In this document: piece after piece, positions 28,274 to 35,140 of the stretch
How the letters are laid out: each line of letters opens with the position of its first letter
Numbering within the stretch: the first letter of the stretch is position 1
Assembly (NCBI GenBank): GCA_046484865.1
Contig: JAWOID010000016.1
Location: 1 to 39,859, forward strand
DNA from: Candidatus Krumholzibacteriia bacterium
GTDB lineage: Bacteria > Krumholzibacteriota > Krumholzibacteriia > LZORAL124-64-63
Length of the DNA stretch: 39,859 nucleotides
Reading direction: 5' to 3'
The notes under the pieces: model-generated
Databases searched by the model: none
Told to the model about the DNA's origin: nothing
What the model saw: only the letters and a program-made list of their open reading frames with translations
Made by a program: the position numbers and the translations under genes

Positions 28274-29125
28274 ATGCCGACTCCAGCCCCCTTCGACGGC
28301 ACCCGCTTCCGGCTCGCCCGGCACGGCGACAGTCGCGAGCGGCAGTGGGCCCCGGTGCTCCTGCGCGACTTCCCCCACTACGAGACCTTCTGGCAGCGAC
28401 ACATCGTGCCGCTGAGCTTCCGGGTGGTCGAGGAGGGCAACTACTTCCTGCGTCCGACCCAGGTGAAGCCGCTGATCCACCTCGCCGACACCTGTTACGC
28501 CACCTTCCTGCACCTGGTGCAGGCCCACGAGTGGGCCGAGGAACTGGGCGCGGCCGGCCCACGTCTGCGGCTGCGGGCCACCGAGTGCCTGTACTGCTTC
28601 TTCAGCCATGCGTACTCGATGATCGACGCCTGTCTCGCCTTCTGCCGCGCGGTCAACGAGGTGTGCGGGCGGTACAAGGCCGAGACCGCCTTCTACCTCC
28701 GGATCAGCCGCGAAGGCGCGCTGCGCGGGCTGGACGCCGGCGCATCGCGCGACTGCATCGAGAGTTTCAACGCGCTGCGCACTCGGCTCGGCCTGTACCG
28801 GAACTTCCTCGTCCATCGCCAGCCCGTCTTCCTGCAGAACGCCTACATGCCGCGGCCGGAGCACATCGAGGAGCTGTCGGGGCTCACGTCGGTCTCGCGG
28901 CTGGCGCGCGATCCCACCCAGATCTCCCGCTGCTACGAGAAGGTGGACGACGCGACCGCCGCGCTCCTGAAGGAGATGCGACGCGTGCTCGACACGGTCT
29001 GGACGCGAGCGCAGGCTGCCCTGGACGCCATCGAATCGCCCAGGTACCGGGAGCATCAGTTGCGGGTGCGGCCGGAAGATCAGGGAATCACGCTGGAGAA
29101 GATCCGGGGCGTGAGGAAGTTGTAG
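28274..29125 (+). CDS. Helical hypothetical protein with HEPN-type RxxxxH motif (putative RNase)
   Basis: Host-like codon usage; YRNFLVH at 28796-28816 preceded by a helical ECLYCFFSHAYSMID segment. Start could be 28262. Confidence 0.7.
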   Translation: MPTPAPFDGTRFRLARHGDSRERQWAPVLLRDFPHYETFWQRHIVPLSFRVVEEGNYFLRPTQVKPLIHLADTCYATFLHLVQAHEWAEELGAAGPRLRLRATECLYCFFSHAYSMIDACLAFCRAVNEVCGRYKAETAFYLRISREGALRGLDAGASRDCIESFNALRTRLGLYRNFLVHRQPVFLQNAYMPRPEHIEELSGLTSVSRLARDPTQISRCYEKVDDATAALLKEMRRVLDTVWTRAQAALDAIESPRYREHQLRVRPEDQGITLEKIRGVRKL

Positions 29126-29139
29126 GGAGGGCTGCGGGC

Positions 29140-29239
29140 TGTCGTCGTGCCGTTCAGCGGCGGGCGGGCCTGGTGGCGCGGACCGTGCCCTGCACGGGCC
29201 GTGACAGGACCGACCGGCCGCTGCAACGGCTAGTTATAT
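29140..29239 (+). mobile_element. Integron attC-like recombination site with degenerate R'' box
   Basis: GCCGTTCAGCGGC pairs with GCCGCTGCAACGGC with one unpaired base; long internal hairpin; ends GCTGCAAC-GGCTA-GTTATAT. The expected AAC of R'' reads GTC. Confidence 0.7.
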
Positions 29240-29292
29240 GGGCGCTTCGCCCCTCCGTCCCGGCCAGGCATGCCGGCACCGATTTCCCGGCC

Positions 29293-29321
29293 TTGACGGT
29301 ATGTCGTTTCTGACATATCCT
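29293..29321 (+). promoter_or_regulatory. TA-operon promoter with operator palindrome
   Basis: TTGACG-N17-TATCCT with TATGTC-N6-GACATA (29300-29317) over the spacer; ATG lies 6 nt after the -10 box with no RBS (leaderless). Confidence 0.75.
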
Positions 29322-29327
29322 TTCCCC

Positions 29328-29676
29328 ATGAACCCGACGGACAAGCCACTAGTGTGGCTCAGCGGTGAAGTCAAATCGCCGCCCCTGAGCAAGGAAGTTC
29401 GAGTCGAGGCTGGTTACCTCCTGCGGTGCCTCCAGGCCGGCATGCGCTTGTCGATGCCGCACTCGCGGCCCATGCCCACGGTCGGCCCGCGATGCCACGA
29501 ACTCAGGATTGTTGACGGAGACTCTACCTGGAGAATCCTCTACCCGCGTGGACCCGGACGCGATCCTGATTCTGGAGGTCTTCCAAAAGAAGACCGGAAA
29601 GACGCCGGCAGCGGCCATAGAGAACTGCAGGCGCCGAGCCAGGCAGTACGACGCCGATGCCGGAAGCGAGGACTGA
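29328..29676 (+). pseudogene. RelE/HigB-like (Gp49/DUF891) toxin with a +1 frameshift
   Basis: MNPTDKPLVWL...MPHSRPMPTVGPRCHELRI...WRILY then an extra C at 29543-29545; removing it restores RVDPDAILILEVFQKKTGKTP...stop 29676. Confidence 0.88.
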
Positions 29677-29677
29677 T

Positions 29678-29986
29678 ATGGACCGCGCGAAGAAGAAGAA
29701 ACTCGAATCCAAGGGTTGGGCATCTGGGGATGCTGGCGATTTCCTGGGTCTCTCTCCCGAGGAAACCCGGTATATTGAGTTGAAGCTTGCCCTCAGTGCT
29801 AGCCTCAAGGGGGAGCGCAAAAAGCAAGGAGTTACCCAGGCTGAATTGGCTAAGCTCATTCGCTCAAGCCAATCCCGTGTTGCCAAGATGGAGGCTTGCG
29901 ATCCAACTGTCACTGTCGACCTGCTACTTAAGGCGCTACTCTCGCTCGGTGTGACGAGGAAGCAACTCTGCAAGATCATCGGCTGA
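29678..29986 (+). CDS. XRE-family HTH antitoxin (HigA-like)
   Basis: TQAELAKLIRSSQSRVAKME HTH; starts 1 nt after the restored toxin stop; noticeably lower GC than the host. Confidence 0.9.
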   Translation: MDRAKKKKLESKGWASGDAGDFLGLSPEETRYIELKLALSASLKGERKKQGVTQAELAKLIRSSQSRVAKMEACDPTVTVDLLLKALLSLGVTRKQLCKIIG

Positions 29987-30395
29987 TGTTTCGTCGCCTC
30001 CCATCCATATAACGGGCTGGCGGGCGGGCGGGCTGGCGGGATATTGGGTTATCCGACTGTAGGGCGTACGGCTTGGCCTGACACCCCGCTCCCCATGAAC
30101 GCCTCGAGGGTCGGGGAGGGTGGAGGGTGTAGGGCTTGGCCCCGCTCCCCGCATGCCTCCGGGCCGGCGGGCTTGTTCCTCGGCGCGGGGCGGGAGTGTA
30201 CCCGGGTACACGGCATCATATCTCAAATTCGGTTTGGCCTTCTGTTCTTCTTTCCCGGGGAACGAGGCCGCCAAAGCTCCCCGCGACGTGAGCATCCTCG
30301 CACCGCGGGACGCGTGGGAAGCCTCCCGCCTCGGGCCGCGTGAGCATCCTCGGGCCGCGAGCCTCCCGCCTCGGGCCGAGGCCTCGAAGCGGCGA

Positions 30396-31064
30396 TCACG
30401 GCTCCGGCGACAGATCCGAGACCCAGGCCAGCGACAGGGTCGGTTCACGATGCGAGGGCACCACGATCATCCCGTCCTGCGCGACCGCCCCGAGCGCTGC
30501 GGCGAACATGCGGTAGTCCTGGGAACATACGCGGTCCGGACTGAACGAGTGGACGAGCATCACGGCATGAGCCGCGTGGAAACGGCGCGCCAGGATGATG
30601 GCCGACGCGGTCCGGTGCAGGAGCTGGTAGCGAATCCTCGGTGCCGACGACTGGCGGAGGTGGAGCAGGTCGCACAGGTAATCGAGTCGCGTGATCTTGC
30701 CGTGGGAGGCGCCTCGCTGCCATTCGCCGACCGTCGGACCGAACGGCTCCGACACCTTCCCTTCCACGGCCACCGACACGAGACCGCCGGCGATGCTCCC
30801 CAGCACCCAGAGGTCCGTCTGCGACGGTCGCCCGCCACCCGGGAGCGAGACCTGCAGCTCGGGTATGGCCAGAAGCAACTCGAAGCCGCGAAAGAGCGGT
30901 TCCGTTTCCAGCATGCGCCTCACGGCGCCGGGCAGGTCTCCGGCCGCCTCCCAGCAATGAGCCAGGGCGTGGGCCGAGTACCCGGCGCGCCACTGCTGCT
31001 CCGGATCGGCCAGCAGCGCCCTCCAGTCGTCGGGTCCCGTCGTCGCGCGCAAGAAGGCTTTCAT
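30396..31064 (-). CDS. DUF6946-like putative PD-(D/E)XK nuclease
   Basis: W..GYSA..LA.CW, LPGGGRPSQTDLWV...VEGKVSEPFG, YQLLHRTASA motifs. Confidence 0.8.
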   Translation of the reverse strand: MKAFLRATTGPDDWRALLADPEQQWRAGYSAHALAHCWEAAGDLPGAVRRMLETEPLFRGFELLLAIPELQVSLPGGGRPSQTDLWVLGSIAGGLVSVAVEGKVSEPFGPTVGEWQRGASHGKITRLDYLCDLLHLRQSSAPRIRYQLLHRTASAIILARRFHAAHAVMLVHSFSPDRVCSQDYRMFAAALGAVAQDGMIVVPSHREPTLSLAWVSDLSPEP

Positions 31065-31173
31065 CGTTCACCGCCTGTGATAGGTTTCGGCGACATGCGT
31101 CAAGATAGATTACGTCGACATCGTTCCAGGAGATGGAATGGTCTCTGCCTATGATCGAGTTGTGTGCCTCTGG

Positions 31174-31245
31174 CTCGGTTCTGGCCTCTGACCAGGTTCC
31201 GGCCCGTCACTCGGTTCCGGCTCATCAGTCGGTTCCGGGCCGATG
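31174..31245. repeat. Degenerate 18-bp tandem repeat x4
   Basis: CTCGGTTCTGGCCTCTGA / CCAGGTTCCGGCCCGTCA / CTCGGTTCCGGCTCATCA / GTCGGTTCCGGGCCGATG between two divergent nuclease genes. Confidence 0.75.
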
Positions 31246-31360
31246 GCGGGTCCCCGTGCCCGTGAGTTCGTTCCATGCCCTGTGATCGAGCGCTGTGTGG
31301 ATGATCTTGCTCTGCCTGTATGATCGTCATGTATGATCTTCACGTATGCTAGGGGGAATC

Positions 31361-32824
31361 ATGGCCGCAGTCATCTCGAAATCGAAGTACATCGCGGGGC
31401 TGCAGTGCCCGCGGCTGCTCTGGTTCCATTACAACGACCGCGAGGCCATCCCGCCGCCGGGCGCGGCGCGACAGGCGATCTTCGACACCGGTCACGCCGT
31501 GGGCGACCTGGCGAAGACCCTGTTTCCCGGCGGCCTGGAGGTGGCCTACAGCCGCGATCTCGCCGAGACCACGCGGCGGACGGCGGAGTTGCTGGCGCAG
31601 CGCAAGCCGATCTTCGAGGCCAGCTTCGCGGTGGACGGGTGCTATTGCCGGGCCGACATCCTGGTGCCGGCCGACGGGGGCGCGTGGGACCTCTACGAGG
31701 TCAAGAGCGGAACCAGGCTCAAGGACGAGAACGTGGCCGACGTGGCCTTCCAGACGCACGCCATCGAGCGGTGCGACGTCGTCCTCGACCGGCTGTTCCT
31801 GATGCACGTCGACAACACGTACGTGCGGCGGGGCGAGATCGATCCTGCCCGGCTCCTCGTCGCCGAGGACATCACCGACCGGGCGCGGGCGGTCGTGCCC
31901 GAGGTGGCCGGCAACGTGGCGCGCCTCCTCGCCGTGATCGAGGGGGAATGTCCCGCCACCGGCATCGGCGCGCACTGCTCGAAGCCGTATGCCTGCGACC
32001 TCTGGCCCGCCTGTTCGGCCTTCCTGCCCGAGCATCACGTCCTCGAGCTGAACTATATCCGCAAGACCGAGGCGTTCCGGCTGCTCGCCGGTGGGCGCGC
32101 GGCGATCGTCGACGTGCCCGCGTCGGAGCTGAACGCCAACCAGCGCGTGCAGCAGGAGGCGATCCGCACCGGGACGGCCCACGTCAACGCCCGCCGGATC
32201 CGCGGCTGGCTCGCAGAGATCGCGTACCCCCTGTACTGCCTGGATTTCGAGACGATGAACCCGGCGATTCCGCTCCTCGACGGGACCCGGCCCTACCAGC
32301 AGATCCCCTTCCAGATGTCGCTGCACGTGATCGAGCGGCCCGGAGCGACCGCCCGGCACGTGGCGTACCTGGCCGGTTCACCCGAGGATCCCCGGCCCGG
32401 CCTGATCACCGCGCTGAAGGCGATCGGCCCGAGCGGCACCATCCTCGCCTGGAACATGAGCTTCGAGCAGCGGGTCATCCGCGAGCTGGCGGCCGCGTTC
32501 CCCGCGGAAGAGGCCTTCCTGACCGCGCTCGGATCGCGCTTCCGCGACCTGATGACGCCGTTCAGGAGCTTCTGGTTCCACGACGTGCGGCAGCACGGCA
32601 GCTGTTCGCTCAAGGACGTGCTCCCCGTCCTCACCGGCGCCTCCTACGACGGCATGGCGGTGGCCGACGGCGGCCAGGCCATGCGCGAGTACCAGCGGGT
32701 GGTGTTCGGCGATGTGGATCCGGGCGAGAAGGCGCGGGTGCTGCAGGCCCTGAAGGAGTACTGCGAGCAGGACACCCGGGCGCTCGTCGACGTGCTGGAG
32801 GCGCTCGAAACGCTCGCGCCGTGA
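31361..32824 (+). CDS. DUF2779 protein: Cas4-like PD-(D/E)XK domain fused to an RNase H-fold/DEDD-like exonuclease domain
   Basis: ISKSKY..GLQCPRLLW, RADIL...YEVKS, Cys cluster HCSKPYACDLWPAC, LDFET, WNMSFE, SLKDVLP, YCEQDT. Confidence 0.88.
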   Translation: MAAVISKSKYIAGLQCPRLLWFHYNDREAIPPPGAARQAIFDTGHAVGDLAKTLFPGGLEVAYSRDLAETTRRTAELLAQRKPIFEASFAVDGCYCRADILVPADGGAWDLYEVKSGTRLKDENVADVAFQTHAIERCDVVLDRLFLMHVDNTYVRRGEIDPARLLVAEDITDRARAVVPEVAGNVARLLAVIEGECPATGIGAHCSKPYACDLWPACSAFLPEHHVLELNYIRKTEAFRLLAGGRAAIVDVPASELNANQRVQQEAIRTGTAHVNARRIRGWLAEIAYPLYCLDFETMNPAIPLLDGTRPYQQIPFQMSLHVIERPGATARHVAYLAGSPEDPRPGLITALKAIGPSGTILAWNMSFEQRVIRELAAAFPAEEAFLTALGSRFRDLMTPFRSFWFHDVRQHGSCSLKDVLPVLTGASYDGMAVADGGQAMREYQRVVFGDVDPGEKARVLQALKEYCEQDTRALVDVLEALETLAP

Positions 32825-32884
32825 TCGGTGACGAACAGATGGATCGGTGCCGAACAGATGGAGCGGTGCCGAACAGATGGAGCG
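32823..32884. repeat. 19-bp tandem repeat x3 plus partial copy
   Basis: GATCGGTGACGAACAGATG / GATCGGTGCCGAACAGATG / GAGCGGTGCCGAACAGATG / GAGCG, with no spacers. Confidence 0.9.
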
Positions 32885-32928
32885 TGCAGGCGGGTCGCGA
32901 ACGCGGCCCAAGCCAGAGGAGAACCGTC

Positions 32929-33579
32929 ATGCTGCCAGGTCCCGATGCGATCCGATGCTGCACCGTTTGCGGCGGCGAATTCCGCCACCGGACGCTGGCC
33001 TCCGGCAACACGCTGGGGGCGCGATTCTGGACCGACGGCAAGATGGAGGCTCCGATGCTGCCGGACCAGCCCGAGTTGCTGCGTTGCCCCCACTGCGGGG
33101 CTCTCGTGTGGCTCGAAGATGCCACGCAGGTCGGGGAGCAGTGGGGCTCGCCGTTCGAGGACGACGAGATCGCCGATCGGAATACGCCGGCGGCGACCAT
33201 ACCCACCAGCCAGGAGCATCGTCGCCATCTGGCCGAGGTTTCCGGTGATCCCGAGCGCGAGCGCTACGTGCGGTTGCGGATCTGGTGGGCAGAGAACGAC
33301 GCCCGCCGCGCCGGTGGCGACCAGGCTCCGCTCGCGCCGGCAGAGGCCGAGAACCTGTTCGCGCTGTTGCCGCTGCTGGACGAGGAGGACGACAGCGAGC
33401 GTCTGCTGAAGGCGGAGGCCATGCGGGAACTGGGTCTGTTTCCGTCGGCGGCGTCACTGCTCCGCCGGCCGTTCGAACCGGACCTGGAGCCGGCGGCGGC
33501 CTGCATCGGGCAACTCGTGGAGCAGCGGGTGACGGGCGTGGCGGAGATCCGGTCCGAGACGAGCGAATACCAAGGATGA
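32929..33579 (+). CDS. Hypothetical zinc-ribbon protein with helical C-terminus
   Basis: RBS AGAGGAG; CTVC...SGNTLGARFWTDGK...CPHC; LLKAEAMRELG TPR-like helix. Confidence 0.8.
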   Translation: MLPGPDAIRCCTVCGGEFRHRTLASGNTLGARFWTDGKMEAPMLPDQPELLRCPHCGALVWLEDATQVGEQWGSPFEDDEIADRNTPAATIPTSQEHRRHLAEVSGDPERERYVRLRIWWAENDARRAGGDQAPLAPAEAENLFALLPLLDEEDDSERLLKAEAMRELGLFPSAASLLRRPFEPDLEPAAACIGQLVEQRVTGVAEIRSETSEYQG

Positions 33580-33754
33580 ACGCGACAGGCACCGGGAAAC
33601 GTGGTAGAATCGACCCGCAGGATTGAGTTCCATTGCGCCCGGCAGGTCGGCCCGGATCATCGCCCATCCGGCTCGGCCTGTACGAGGGTGCAGTCCCACA
33701 TAACCATCGACGCAATAGCGAGTGCGTGACCGCATCACGCGCCGTGAGGCTCCC

Positions 33755-35140
33755 ATGGGCGAGAACCCCCGGACCAGCAGCGTCCTCCTCATCGACGACG
33801 ACGCCGACTTCTGCGCCGACCTGGCGGCTTACCTCCACGGCCGCTACGACTTCCGGCATTCCTGCACAGCCGACGCGGGGCTCGAACTGGTGTCCCGCCA
33901 CCATCCCGATCTCCTCCTGCTCGATGTCGACTTCGACCACCGGCCGCAAGGGCTCGAGGTCCTGCAGCAGGTGCGGAACCTGGACGACCCCCCGGCCGTC
34001 ATCATGCTGACCGGCGACCGGCGGCCCGAGACGATCGTCCGTGCGATCAAGGCAGGCGCCTTCGACTACGTGGCGAAACCGCCCCGGCTCGAGGAACTGA
34101 TCCACCGCATGGAGACGGCCCTGGCGGACCGCCGGCTGCGCCGCAGCCATGAGGTCCTGCTGGACGAGGTGCACCGGCTCCGGGGCGACCTCGTGGCCGT
34201 CGACCCCGCCATGCTCGCCATCCTGAAGCAGGTCGGGAAGGTGGCGCCGACGAACGCGACGGTCCTGATCGTCGGCGAGACCGGCACGGGCAAGGAGATG
34301 ATCGCCCGGCGCGTGCATGCCCTGAGCCCCCGCAACGGCGGCCCCTTCGTGGCCGTCAACTGCGCCGCGTTGCCGGAGCAGCTGGCCGAGTCGGAGCTGT
34401 TCGGTCACGAACGCGGCTCGTTCACCGGCGCCGAGCGGCGCCGGGCGGGCAAGTTCGAGGTGGCCACCGGCGGCACGCTGTTCCTGGACGAGATCGGCGA
34501 GGCCCCCGACTTCCTGCAGACCAAGCTGCTGCGGGTCCTCGAGGAGAGGGAGTTCTGGGCCGTGGGGTCGGATCGGCCCTCGCGCGCCGACGTCCGGGTG
34601 ATCGCCGCCTCGAGCCGGGATCTCGAGACCCGTGTTGCCGAGGGCCGCTTTCGCGGCGAGCTGCTCTACCGCCTCGGCGCCTTCCCGCTGCGGATCCCGG
34701 CGCTGCGCGAGCGACCGCTCGACGTTTCGGCGCTGGCCCACCACTTCCTGAAGCGGTACGCCGTCGAACAGGGCAAGCAGATCCGCGCCATCGACGAGGC
34801 GGCCGCGCGTCACATCGCCGCTCACGCCTGGCCCGGCAACGTGCGCCATCTGCGCAACGCCATCGAGCGCGCCGTCATCCTCTGCGACGGCGAGCGGCTC
34901 GAGCTCGCGCACATCCTGACCGACGTCGCCGCGGCCGGCGACGGCGCGCGCCTGCTCTCCTACGGCGAGGCCAAGGACGCGGCTGTGAACGCCTTCCAGC
35001 GCGCCTACGTCACGGCGCAGCTGGCGCGGGCTGGCGGCAACGTCGCCGAAGCGGCGGAGCTCAGCGGCATCCGCCGCCAGGTCTTCTGGCGGATCATGAA
35101 GCAGCTGGGGATCGGCGCGAGCCGGGAGGGCGAAGCGTGA
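33755..35140 (+). CDS. Sigma54-dependent response regulator (NtrC/AtoC type)
   Basis: Receiver ([19 protein letters not shown]), Walker [38 protein letters not shown], Fis-type HTH. Confidence 0.95.
   Translation: MGENPRTSSVLLIDDDADFCADLAAYLHGRYDFRHSCTADAGLELVSRHHPDLLLLDVDFDHRPQGLEVLQQVRNLDDPPAVIMLTGDRRPETIVRAIKAGAFDYVAKPPRLEELIHRMETALADRRLRRSHEVLLDEVHRLRGDLVAVDPAMLAILKQVGKVAPTNATVLIVGETGTGKEMIARRVHALSPRNGGPFVAVNCAALPEQLAESELFGHERGSFTGAERRRAGKFEVATGGTLFLDEIGEAPDFLQTKLLRVLEEREFWAVGSDRPSRADVRVIAASSRDLETRVAEGRFRGELLYRLGAFPLRIPALRERPLDVSALAHHFLKRYAVEQGKQIRAIDEAAARHIAAHAWPGNVRHLRNAIERAVILCDGERLELAHILTDVAAAGDGARLLSYGEAKDAAVNAFQRAYVTAQLARAGGNVAEAAELSGIRRQVFWRIMKQLGIGASREGEA

Noticed and set aside
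32823..32884. Possible mini-CRISPR next to a Cas4-like gene
   Set aside because: The 19-bp units are contiguous with no spacers, and no other cas genes are present.
31333..32928. 748-aa ORF as a single protein
   Set aside because: The first 532 codons are an alternative frame over DUF2779; the real gene starts at 32929 with its own RBS.
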